Source of the DNA: Ostrea edulis
Lineage: Eukaryota
NCBI RefSeq assembly: GCF_947568905.1
Contig: NC_079165.1
Location: 105,648,001 to 105,712,000 of the forward strand
DNA length: 64,000 nucleotides
Direction of reading: 5' to 3'
Within the stretch, counting starts at the first letter, position 1. Each line of letters opens with the position of its first letter. The notes beneath the pieces were generated by a model. It was not told the DNA's origin and did no database searches. It was given only the letters and a program-made list of their open reading frames with translations. The translations under genes were made by a program, and so were the position numbers. Shown here in pieces: positions 52,679 through 64,000 of this stretch.

Positions 52679-53838
52679 GGCACACTGATTTTGATTACAG
52701 ATTACTCCGTATACTGGATCAAGACATAGGGCTCACGATTATGGAGCGCCAAATTAACATAAACTCAAATAATTGAAGATATCTTCAATTATTTGAAGAT
52801 ATCATCAATTCAATTATTGCTCTCTTTAATTGAATTAATGCACGCATTAAATCAATTATTGCTCTCATCAAATGAATTAATGCGCGCTTCAATTCAATTA
52901 TTGCTCTCATCAATTGAATTAATGCACGCATCAATTGAATTAATGAGAGCAATAATTGATTTAATGCGCGCATTAATTCAATTATTGCTCTCTTCAATTC
53001 AATTGATGAGAGCATCAATTGAATTAATGAGAGCAATGATAGATTTGATGTGCGCATTAATTCAATTATTGCTCTCTTCAATTCAATTGATGAGAGCATT
53101 AATTTTGTAGAAATATTTCTTACAATAATTGATTTAAAGCTCGGTATAAATAATTTGATGATCTCTTTAATTCAATTGAAGATATCTTTAATTATTTACA
53201 ATGCTTTTGTATAAGGAATTAATGCGCGCATCAATTCTTTTAAAGAGAGCAACAATTCAATTAAAGAGATCATTAATTCAATTGTGGATATGTTGAATTG
53301 AAGATATCTTTAATTATTTAGTTGCTCTCTCTAAAAGAATTATTGCTCTCTTCAAATGAATTAAAGATATCATTAATTCAATTGAAGAGAGCAATAATTC
53401 AATTAATGCACACATTATATCAATTATTGCTCTCTTCAATTGAATTGTAGCGCGCATCAATTCAATTGTTGATATCATTAATTCATTTGAAGAGATCATT
53501 AATTCAATTAAAGCGTGCATCAATTCAGCAGAAGAATTAATGCTATCATCAATTCATTTAATGCGCGCAATAATTCAGAATTGAAGATATCATTAATTAT
53601 TTGAAGAGATCTTTAATTAAATTGTTGCGCGATATCTTCAATGATTTGAGTTTATGTTAATTTGGCGCTCCCATACACGATGGATGTGTACCGACCGGTC
53701 GACAGGGGATGCTTACTCCTCCTAGGCACCTGGTCCCACCTCTGATATGTCCAGGGGTGCATGTTTGCCCAACTCTTTATTTTGTATTCCATGTTGGAGA
53801 TGTGAGATTGATCTCTGTTCATTATCTTCACCTTTCAT
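52679..53838 (+). mobile_element. Solo Penelope-like (Naiad) terminal repeat (pseudo-LTR), split by an insertion
   Basis: Matches the post-RT repeat at 62430-62690 (GGCACACTGATTTTG...CAGGGGATGCTTACTCCTCCTAGGCACCTG...). Confidence 0.85.
52740..53675. mobile_element. 936-bp foldback-like non-autonomous DNA element with 6-bp TSD
   Basis: 44-bp TIR TATGGAGCGCCAAATTAACATAAACTCAAATAATTGAAGATATC. CACGAT at 52734-52739 and 53676-53681. Interior made of ~21-bp subrepeats in both orientations. Confidence 0.9.
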
Positions 53839-53889
53839 GACTATGATTGATTTTCAGGAAAAGGAAGGTAACTAATGCAAGCCAATTTA

Positions 53890-55380
53890 TAAAAGATTAG
53901 CAGCAAAGAATTTAGATATGGAAGGAAACTGATATGATGAGGGTGGCAAATAATCTTGAACATGACCAGACACAACTCCTTGACAGCTCAGTACATGACA
54001 CACCCATAAACAACCAAAGGACCACCTTTAAGGTCATCTGCCTCAACAACATCAGGAAGCAAGTGGATTTCCAGCAGGTTTAATTAGCCATGCTTGAACA
54101 GGGGGAACAAGTGGCGTTCAAGACAGAAGCAAATAGTCGTCGGTAAGTAAAATGCATTAGGCAGTGACAAGGACAGAGATTTGGGGATTTGTAGAAATCA
54201 ACCCAGCAGAAGTGTTAAAGAGCCTACAACTCTTTCGTGGCAGACATGGTGCTGGAAGACTCCAACAGCAAGAAACACTTCTCCTTCATCATGAATAAGA
54301 AATGTAACAGTTCTGGGATCGCTTCTCTCTGATCTGACGGAAACTTACATGGAGACCCTCAAGCCAAAGCCTCTCTACTGAAGCAACGGTTCTTGTCAAG
54401 TTGTCAGTATACACCTCAGAGGATACATCAGATATCCTAGATATAGGCACCAGCAGCATGTCAACGGCATCAGACATCAGAGTGTACTGAAATGCTTCTC
54501 AGGCCCCAACCCCAACAAGGCAGCTGGTCTGTACGAGATCTCCATCAACTTCCTGAAAGAGATGGTTTGTTTCGGTATAACAGCACTCGCAAGGATCTTC
54601 CAGGCATCCATCGACCAAGTCAAACACCAAAGGACTGAAGTCTACCATGTCTCACCGATATTCAAGACGAATGACAAAAGAAAGCTATAATTCAATTTAT
54701 CAACCAGTGTCCTTTACCTTTGTTGTAAAGTGGTAGAGCACTTCATCCACAGCCATCTTATGATTTCATTCAGCAGCACAACATCCTAACTGACAACCAG
54801 GTTTAGGAAGAAGTGATCTGAAATTATAACAGTCAATACTCCAGGACCTAGCTATGTGCATCAACAAGCATTTCACAGTTCCATATGTTCACCAAACTTC
54901 ATCATTATAGTGTACTAGACTGCCTGCTCAACTGAATCTGGTGTTTCCTGTCTGGGCAAACACAAGTACTGGTAGAGGCCCATGTTTCATCAACCACACC
55001 TGTCACATTTCGAGTGCTCCAAGAAATAGTCCTCACCCCCAAGGAATGGTCATTAGTCCACTACTCTCTTCCTGATCTAGCCACCAGTCTACTCCAGGGC
55101 CAGACTATTTGATGGTGACTGCCTTCCGTACTGAACCATCACCATTTTCTACCAGCCAATAATGAATCGGGGCCAAGGCCACTGTGATATACCATGTTAT
55201 TAACTCCCTAATTGCCGTCGAACTGCCTCCTTGATGTTGCCAAATACATGTAAGAGCAGCCATGAGAGGACACAATACAGGATCACATTCTGCAACATCA
55301 CAGTCTACGAGGAGGCAATCTTTCCATCCACCATCAGGATATGAAACCAGCTGCTAGAAAATCCTTGGAATCCCTTAAGA
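53890..55380 (+). mobile_element. Highly decayed CR1/L2-like LINE remnant (RT region)
   Basis: Fragments PNKAAGLYEI (54511-54540), YQPVSFT (~54698), degenerate KAFDxVP and LFADD-like segments in LINE order, with many stops and frameshifts. Confidence 0.65.
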
Positions 55381-55549
55381 CCAGCATCCAGGGATTTGCA
55401 GCACTGTAGAAGGAGACATTGTATGTTTTTCTTGGCACTTTAAATTGCATATAATTTCATAATTCTTCCTCTTGCAAATGCTTTTAATACAAAGTGAGAC
55501 AACAGAGGCAATACTGCAAGAACTGCCCTTTACTTTAAAAGAAGAGTGA

Positions 55550-56065
55550 AAAAGGTGAATATAATGAACAGTGATCAATCTCACAAATTCTTTAAAAGAA
55601 TACAAATTTGAGAGTAGGGCAAACATGAGCCCCTAGAAACATCCCATGTTGACCAGTCATATCCGCCGGGAGACCCCTATCTTGATCAGGTAAACAGAGT
55701 ATTCTATAGTCCACAATAGTATCTAAAGAACGGCGAACAATGGGTATGAAACATGTCAGACAGTGTTCTACTTAATGACAGGTTGTCTTTACAAATATGA
55801 TCATTATAACGAACATATGCTGACTTTAAACGAGAATGTTGAAATCTCTGAAACATCAATTTATTCGTCAGTAGCCCGTTTCGGTTTAAAAATTGATCTT
55901 ATGTAGAACATGTTCTCACGTATTGGATCAGTTGAGCGACATAAACACCATATGCAGGTGATAGTGGTTTATTGGGACATAAATGTGGGAAGTTGACAAT
56001 GGAGAAGCTGACGTTATCCCATTTATCATAAAGTTGCGTTTTTAGTTTATCATTGAAATGTGTGT
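55550..56065 (-). mobile_element. Naiad PLE 3' fragment (RT thumb plus pseudo-LTR), minus strand
   Basis: KLKTQLYDKWDNVSFSIVNFPHLCPNKPLSPAYGVYVAQLIQY plus the reverse complement of the terminal repeat. Confidence 0.85.
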
Positions 56066-56069
56066 ATAC

Positions 56070-56758
56070 GAAGAAAAAATCTCTTGCTGTGGCCTTTAAT
56101 TCGTCATGTAGATATATCGACGATGTATTATCTATTAACAACATATGTCGATTCAATGTATCCCAGTGAACCCGAAATAAAAGACACCACAGAGTCGTCC
56201 ACTTCTGCTTTATACTTTGATATTTTATTGAAAGTAGATATTAAAGGCAAACTAACAACTAAACTTTATGACAAACGGGATGATTTCAACTTCTCCATCG
56301 TCAACTTACCATTTTTATGTAGCAATATTCCATTATCACCTGCATACAGTGTTTACATCTCCAAACTGATTCGATACGCAAGCGCTTGTTCTGCGTATGG
56401 TCAGTTTTTAATCGAAACAGGCTACTGATAAACAAGTTGATGGTGCAGGGGTTCCAACAGTCGCGTTTAAAATCAACATTTCGCAAATAACGATCTAGTT
56501 TGCAAATACAACCTATCATTGGGTCAAATGCTGTCTGACGTGTTTCATGCCGATTGTTAGGCCGTTCTTGGCACACTGATTTTGACTACGGATAACTCCG
56601 TTTACCTGGTCAAGATATAGGGCGGTGTGACCGGTCGACAGGGGATGCTTACTCCCCCTAGGCACCTGATCCAACCTCTGGTATATCTAGGGGTCCGTGT
56701 TTGCCCAACTCTATATAGGAGTTATGAGATTGATCACTGTTCGTTATCTTCGCCTTTC
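56070..56758 (+). mobile_element. Naiad PLE 3' fragment (RT YIDD, thumb, pseudo-LTR)
   Basis: RYIDDVLSINN, KLYDKRDDFNFSIVNLPFLCSNIPLSPAY, then the terminal repeat. Confidence 0.9.
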
Positions 56759-57106
56759 AGTTAAGAAATAAGAAGTGGCATTTATAGTCGCACAGTAAGT
56801 TTAAAGTTTCTCCTCCACAGCTGTTAATATTTTCGCAAGGAGCAAAGATGGGGGCTTGGTAGAACATTTACTGGATCCAGAAATGTATCTTTGTTTGTAA
56901 GGGTTTTTATGAAGTTTAGGCATCCAGTATATTTATGGTAACTCATATTCATCCGACCCATTGACTGGGATATCAAGTGTGTCTAAAACTGAAGCATGGT
57001 TTTGAAGAATTTCGTCTTTTGAAAGGGTACTTGGAGTATAGGTACGATTACCAAAAGTGGAAGTAATGCCAAGTTCGTTTGAAGTACAGCTGTAATGATG
57101 AGCCTT

Positions 57107-57728
57107 CTACCATGGCTGCGTTGTTTTTCCTTTTATAAAAAGTGTACAATAACTGGAGATACACCAGTCGGCGGAACCATCATTTGCATATTTTTTAAAA
57201 CTGTGCTGTGTAAATAAATTATTGAACACCACCTAACAATTTCAACACATGGTGAAGTTCAAATTGTAGGCTCCCGGCCGTGTCGATATCCATTTTATCA
57301 TCTCACGAAATGTGTGATCCTTACATGCTTACAGTGAGAAAATCCTTATGTCATCATTGAATAAAAACTAAACCTAAATCGTGTAAATCGCCAATGATCA
57401 GAGTTGAGGTGGTCTGATCATACACATTCTGCACATCCGCTCTCACCAACTATCGGGCGATGAGCATGCATAGCGGGAAGAGGAAAATACTCAAGCGATC
57501 ACCTGACAAAAACTTTACTTTTCATTGGGGTAATTAAAAAAATCAGGCAATAACTACTGGTCACATGACAGATATTATATTTCTAATTGGTCATGATACA
57601 AGTAAGTTATTGAATATTTATTTCGGTGTATCTTGATTTATTTGGACGAAGGGCGGAGACTCGTGCTTCGCACTCTTCACCCTTCGTCCAAATCTAGATA
57701 CACCGAAATAAATATACAATAACTATTA
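57107..57728. mobile_element. 622-bp insertion with a 120-bp terminal hairpin (unclassified)
   Basis: Splits the Naiad VCK/AH codons and is flanked by CTT repeats. Hairpin at 57605-57724. Confidence 0.65.
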
Positions 57729-57964
57729 CTTACAAACAAAGACAATGTCGTTACAAGCTTTGTCAGCTGGAACCAAAACATATTCCTTATGTAAGCTATC
57801 TAATTCTTTTATCACCTCTGGTTTACTAAACACAGAGGGATAGATGGTACGTACTTTTGTTTCACTAGTGCGGGATTTTAATATTCCTCTTATAATTTTA
57901 ATCCATTCTGACAGTGTATCATATTCAGCCCATCGTTTGGCATAAAACACGACAGAATTCATAA

Positions 57965-58469
57965 TATTGATTGATTGATGTTTTCCGCCACACTCAACAA
58001 TTTTCAGTTATCTGGTGGCGCCCAGTTTTTATTGGTGGAAGAGAAAACCCAGATACAATGTACCTGGGAAGGGACTACCGACCTTACGAAAGTAAACTGG
58101 GAAACTTTCTCACTTACTCACTCAGTTCAAATCCCGCTCGCGCGACAGAGGTGAGGGGCCGTGTGATTTTGAGCTCGATGCTCTAACCACTCGGCCACGG
58201 AGGCCCTTTCTGGAGAAGAAGTCGAAAATGTAAAAAGTTTATAACAACAACAATGGACAATGGAAAAGTTTATAATTGAAAAGTTTGGATGCAAAAGTAA
58301 AAGTATATTTTAAATGATGGAAGAGAGAACCCAGATACAATGTACCTAGGAAGAGACCACTGACCTTCCGAAAGTAAACTGGGAAACTTTCTCACTTACC
58401 GGCGCGAGCGGAATTCGAACTCGCGCCGACAGAGGTGAGGGGACGTGTGATTTTGAGCGCGATGCCCCC
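57965..58469 (-). mobile_element. Composite SINE-spacer-SINE insertion with 10-bp TSD
   Basis: Two copies of the 45237 SINE family. GAATTCATAA at 57955-57964 and 58470-58479. Confidence 0.85.
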
Positions 58470-59374
58470 GAATTCATAAAAGAAATGAAGTTCTGTCGCC
58501 AATTGAAAGACCGAGGTTCTCTGTATTTAGGACCTTTTAGAATAAGTGATCTGAGGTCCTCATTTTCAACTATATCAACATCACTAGTAATGACATATCC
58601 AGCTGGACTATAGTTGAAAGAAGATGAAGAACAAGAACACGTAGGTGGATTAGCATAAGTTTAAGATGGTCTATATCTAGGACTGCAAAGTTTGTTTATA
58701 ATTATAAAGTTTGGATGAGTTTATAATTGAAAAGTTTGGATGCAATAGTAGAAGTATATTTGTAGGAAAGTGACTTTTTCAAAGTCAATTTAAAACTTAA
58801 GTTTAAAAAATTATTTTTAAAAACCGTTATTCATAATCCCAAGACCAGACGATGTTGATTAATGGCATTAACGAATGTCGGGGTCGGTTTCACTTTTCTC
58901 ACCCATGTCACCATCCTGAGACTGTTGAATTACCGTATCTGTTACGTAGAATTCATTTCTAGTGCGATTAAATTGTAATCTCGCATCCATTAAGGATGAA
59001 TTTCTCTTGCCGAAACGGGACCAAATGCAAGCCGTCCCTCCATAGAACCTCCTTAACGCCCTCGATTTTCTGACAATGTTATCTCTTCTCCCATTTTCCT
59101 CGATGCAACGGGAATAACCGGAGCATTTCCAGCCGCGGGTTGTGCACTTTCTCTGTAGGCTTTATACGTGTAACGGTACATGCATGTATCGATGCCGGTG
59201 TGATGGTCTTACCGTTGAGACTGTTGTTGATTTCACATACAAGAGAATGTAAAATGTTATTCTAGGGGGTAGCGAAAGAATTGTTTTCTTACAAGTGGTT
59301 CTGTTTCGTCTTTAGTGAATCACATTCCATCACAACGTAGTTCCAAGACAATCTAAGTACTTATCACCTTAACC

Positions 59375-60623
59375 CTTGTTTTCAGCTTTCGATGAGAGAT
59401 TTATCCCAGTTTTCAGCTTTCGATGAGAGATTTATCCTTGTTTTCAGCTTTCGATGAGAGATTTATCCCAGTTTTCAGCTTTCGATGGGAGTATTATTCC
59501 AGTTTTCAGATTTCGATGAGAGCATTATCACAGTTTTCAGATTTCGATGAAAGCATTATCCCAGTTTTCAGATTTCAATGAGAGCATTATTCCATTTTTC
59601 AGATTTCGATGAGAGCTTTATCCCAGTTTTCAGATTTCGATGAAAGCATTATCCCAGATTTCGATGAGAGCATTATCCCAGTTTTTGGATTTCGATGGTA
59701 GCATTATCCCAGTTTTCAGATTTCGATGAGTGCATTATCCTAGTTTTCAGATTTCGATGAGAGCTTTATCCTAGTTTTCAGATTTTGATGAGAGCTTTAT
59801 CTCACATTTCGGTAGGAGCATTATTCCAATTTTCAGATTTCGATGATTTATCCCAGTTTTCAGATTTCGATGAAAGCATTATCCCAGTTTTTAGATTTTG
59901 ATGAGAGCATTATCACTGTTTTCAGATTTCGATGGTAGCATTATCCCAGTTTTCAGATTTCGATGAGAGATTTATCCCAGTTTTCAGATTTCGAAGAGAG
60001 CTTTATCCTAGTTTTCAGATTTCGATGAGAGCTTTATCCCAGTTTTTAGATTTCGGTAGGAGCATTATTCCAATTTTCAGATTTCGATGAGAGCATTATC
60101 CCAGATTTCGATGAGAGCATTATCCCAGTTTTCAGATTTCGATGAGAGCTTTATCCTAGTTTTCAGATTTCGATGAGAGCTTTATCCCAGTTTTCAGATT
60201 TCGATGAGAGCATTATTCCAATTTTCAGATTTCGATGAGAGTTTATCCCAGTTTTCAGATTTCGATGAAAGCATTATCCCAGATTTCGATGAGAGCATTA
60301 TCCCAGTTTTTAGATTTTGATCAGAGCATTATCACAGTTTTCAGATTTTGATGAGAGCATTATCTCAGTTTTTAGATTTCGATGGGAGTATCATATCGGT
60401 TTTCAGATTTCGATGGGAGCATTATCCCAGTTTTCAGCTTTCGATGAGAGCATTATCTCGGTGGGAGCATTATCCCAGTTTTCATATTTCGATGAGAGCA
60501 TTATCCCAGTTTTCAGCTTTCGATGAGAGCATTATCTCGGTGGGAGCATTATCCCAGTTTTCAGATTTTGATGAGAGCTTTATCCCAGTTTTCAGATTTC
60601 GATGGTAGCATTATCCCAGTTTT
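59375..60623. repeat. 31-bp satellite, ~40 units
   Basis: Unit TTTCGATGAGAGCATTATCCCAGTTTTCAGA, with recurrent 23-bp deleted units. Confidence 0.95.
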
Positions 60624-61299
60624 AAGGTACTGGAAACGGGATAGTATTCCACCTGATTCGAGTTTTGTAAAGAGGCATCCTTCTTTAAAACTTTAAACTG
60701 TTCCAAACTATCTATCGTTCCATGGGAAATCCGTGTAAGATTAGGTCCTCCATACCCCATGCTTGTCGTAAGAAGCGACTAAATTGGGCGGTCCTTCGGA
60801 TGAGGCCTTAAAAACCGAGGCCCCGTGACTGAGAGAGATAGTTACATTGAAACTTTCTTACAAAAAGAAAGACGGCCAATTTGAAACCACATTCTGTCAG
60901 GTTCGGTCCCGAACTATCGCATTATTGACGGTAATTTTTTCGAAAAACTGTAGACAAAAAGGATGTTTGATTAACTCACCCTCATGCATATTTTCAGCTT
61001 CAGAGTGATGTACCAGTTCTCTTTACCGTAGAACTTTGTTATTGTGATCGAAGTTGGGAAATCGTCTATACACCTGTACACGCCTGCCACACACGCTCTT
61101 AAGAATCGTTGATTTTGTTCAAAAAGACATGGGCATGATCATTTGGACCCTGTCAAAAACAAACCTGATAGATTTCTCTGTTCGTCGACTTCGTACCAGG
61201 AAACCATTAAGAGTTTCCTTGAAACCAAAGAAGAACCATCCACGTATTTGAAATAAGCTTCATCACCCGTAATGTTTTTCAAGTAACTGAGATACATTG

Positions 61300-62690
61300 A
61301 CTACGGAATGCTCCGTTTACCTGATCAAGAGGATCAGTTAACAGGGGATGTTTACTCCTCCTACGCAGCTGATCCCACCTCCAGTATCTCAAGGTATCGT
61401 GTTTACCGTACTCTGTGTATTCAGTAAGCGCTCTACCAAGCCCCTATCTTTGCTCCTGATGAAAATATTAACAGCTGTGAAGGAGAAACTTCAAACTTAC
61501 TGTGCGACTACATATGCCATAAGTGGTGTTAATCAAATGTGGATTCTAAAAATTCTAAAGAACTTTTAGTAAACTTTAAATCGCAAAACTTTTCCCAAAT
61601 CAATAATATCAAAACCTATGACTTTTCAATACTATACACGACCATTCCTCACGATAAATTAAAGACTGCACTTTTTGACATCATAGACAGTTGCTTCTTC
61701 AACAAAAATGGAAAAGGGAAATATTCATATCTAGTAATCAGTCATCCAAACAACACTCTGATTCCTCGCACAAGTACCCTGAAGTTGAAATAAAATACAT
61801 GCTAGAGTTCCTCATTGACAATATATTCGTGGTATTTGGTGATCAAGTTTTCCAACAGTCTGTTGGAATTCCCATGGGCACGAATTGTGCTTCTTTGTTA
61901 GCTGATCTGTTTCTATATTCATATGAAGCAGAATTTATTCAAAAACTTCTACGCGAGAAGAAAAAAATCTCTTACTGTGGCATTCAATTGATATATCGAC
62001 GACGTTTTGTCTATTAACAATAATAACTTTCATTCATATATCAATTCGATATATCCCTGTGAGGTCGAAATAAGACACCACATAGTCGTCCACTTCTACT
62101 TCATACTTAGATATTTTATTGAAAGTAGACATTAACGGCAAACTGACAACTCAACTGTATGACAAACGGGATGATTTCAGCTTCTCTATCATCAACTTCC
62201 CATATCTATGTAGCAATATTCCATTATCACCTGCATGTGGTGTTTATATCTCTCAACAGATTTGATACGCAAGAGCTACTGACAAACAAGTTGATGGTAC
62301 AGGAGTTTCAACAGTCTCGATTGAAGTCAGCATTTCGCAAATTCTATGGTCGTTATAATGATCTAGGTCGTCAATACAACCTATCATTAGGTCAAATACT
62401 GTCTGACGTGTTTCATACCGATTGTTAGGCCGTTCTTGGCACACTGATTTTGACTACGGATAACTCCGTTTACCTGATCAGGATATAGGGCTCACGGCGG
62501 GTGTTACCGGTTGACAGGGGATGCTTGCTCCTCCTAGGCACCTGATCCCACCCCTGGTGTGTCCAGGGGTCCGTGTTTGTCCAGCTATTTTGTATTGCTT
62601 GTAGGAGTTATGAGATTGATCACTGTTCGTTATATTCACCTTTATAGGAGTTATGAGATTGATCACTTTTCGTTATCTTCGCCTTTCATT
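61300..62690 (+). mobile_element. Naiad PLE: degenerate pseudo-LTR, RT (frameshifted), pseudo-LTR
   Basis: KTYDFSILYTTIPHDKLK, QQSVGIPMGTNCASLLADLFLYSYE, YIDD, thumb ending SDVFHTDC* at 62428. No C-terminal endonuclease. Confidence 0.92.
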
Positions 62691-62969
62691 CATCAGATTG
62701 TTCACAGTTGTTACCTTCACTTTTTCGTTTATGAAATTTGTCACCGTTATATTCCACCCTTTTTTCATGTTACCATTGACCATGTATCTCTTCTGGTGGA
62801 AACTGTCCCGAGAATACTAGTACTGGATGCTCGATATATATTCTACCATGAATGGTATCAAGAATAACGATTCATACTGGTTGAATTGTATAAGGGCATA
62901 GGCCCTCACAGAATGGTTGGCGCCCCTCGGATTATCCTTCGGGATATCAAGGATTTTGCAGATGCATAG

Positions 62970-63975
62970 TCTTCAAATAACCAGTTTTGGGTACAAAAAT
63001 AAGAATTATATACCCAAATTAAAGAAAGCAAATGTTCCAGTGAGACATTTTATGATTCTTTCTCGGACTAAATTCTCTGTCATAAACTGTGAAACTTGTG
63101 ACATTTTGATAAATTTGAATTAATTTATTAGTAGTCTCACTGGACGAAGTTTCAATATCAAAACTTGGTAAATTTGACGGGTTGTAGAACTTCTAACGTT
63201 ATCTACGCAATTGAGTGTAGGTTTTGTTGACTAATTTACGTAGGGCGTACGTACGTGAGGCGTCACTAAATAAACGGATGTCAGGGCCATCTTTTTCATG
63301 AGGGTCAAAATTCTTAAACAATTTACCACCACTCTAACAACCATTTAATTACTCCTTCTGTGTACAAGGTACATGTAGATAGGCCACTCGATTAGAACAA
63401 TATTAAAGCACTGCTTTTCCATTAGGGCGCAGTAATTATGTAGAAATACAGGAATCTTGCAAGTCTACTTGGAAGTAATGTGAATACCCGGTATGGTGGG
63501 ACTTTTTCACAATACATAGAGACGTATGCATAGTCATACACATCATTCATACAAAAAATTGGCTCACTCCATTCCCCTTTACCTTAGTCAACAAACAATT
63601 AAGTCCACGTCACATTCGAATAAAAATTTACTCTGTTCCCTTGAAAGTTTAAAATAGGGTATCTGAAGAAGCCAAAGCAAGTCTCTACTTGGATTTTGAA
63701 CACCAGAATACAGAATGAATTCTGTGATTATGGAGGTTGCTTGCTTCATGCTCTTTAAATCACTTCAGATTACGGACGGAAATCCTTCCGAATCACCTTT
63801 CGGTTCCTCAACTTAAATTCACTAGCAAAGGAACAGATGCCACCAATATTACAAACATTTTTTAACATTAAAAAGTTCAGTCTTGCATTTCCTTATATCT
63901 GTAAATAAAAGTTCAATTCTATACCCTATATTTCCTACCGATATACTTCTACTATTGCATCCAAACTTTTCAAAA
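62970..63975 (+). mobile_element. Naiad PLE 5' half: N-terminal GIY-YIG endonuclease and linker (decayed)
   Basis: NCETCDIL, CRTSNVIYAIECRFC*LIYVG (63183-63245), SLNKRMSGH-like segment, and YRYTSTIASKLF, which matches the linker at 58715-58760. Confidence 0.8.
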
Positions 63976-64000
63976 ACAATCTTTATGTACAGTACCTAGA

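Larger units (their letters stand above)
56775..58760 (-). mobile_element. Naiad PLE middle fragment (CxC linker and RT N-terminus), interrupted twice
   Basis: Minus-strand PPTCSCSSSSFNYSPAGYVIT...KGPKYREP, VPADKACNDIVFVCK, NELGITSTFGN...YWMPKLHKNPYKQRYISGSSKCSTKP. Confidence 0.85.

Noticed and set aside
52785-53523. Leucine-zipper-like ORFs (LIELMRA repeats) on both strands
   Set aside because: The heptad pattern comes from ~21-bp subrepeats of a non-autonomous element.
60317-60608. Repetitive ORFs (RALSQF...)
   Set aside because: Translation of the 31-bp satellite.
61900-63245. In-frame TGA codons in Naiad ORFs as selenocysteine
   Set aside because: The TGAs I checked replace Arg (CGA) or Gly (GGA) positions rather than Cys, and co-occur with frameshifts, consistent with decay.

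Overview
AT-rich animal genomic DNA, most likely an ostreid oyster, inferred from Cg170-like satellite units inside Helentron-type elements and the SINE and Penelope-like repeat families. Three protein-coding loci lie on the + strand. (1) A 5'-open ORF (to 955) encodes the C-terminal half of a Mab-21/cGAS-like receptor and appears to sit in an intron of (2) a JIP3/JIP4 (MAPK8IP3/SPAG9) gene, whose last two coding exons are 2675-2808 and 3369-3472. (3) A complete adenylate cyclase type 9 gene (8517-48785) has a hand-built 7-exon, 1181-aa in-frame model. AC9 introns carry MITEs, SINEs, Helentron/satellite elements and a 4.6-kb 27-bp minisatellite. Downstream (52.7-64 kb) is a nested cluster of decayed Naiad-type Penelope-like elements (N-terminal GIY-YIG, CxC linker, C-terminal RT), a CR1/L2-like LINE remnant, SINEs, a foldback element with a 6-bp TSD and a 31-bp satellite. 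Everything was derived by eye, without database searches.
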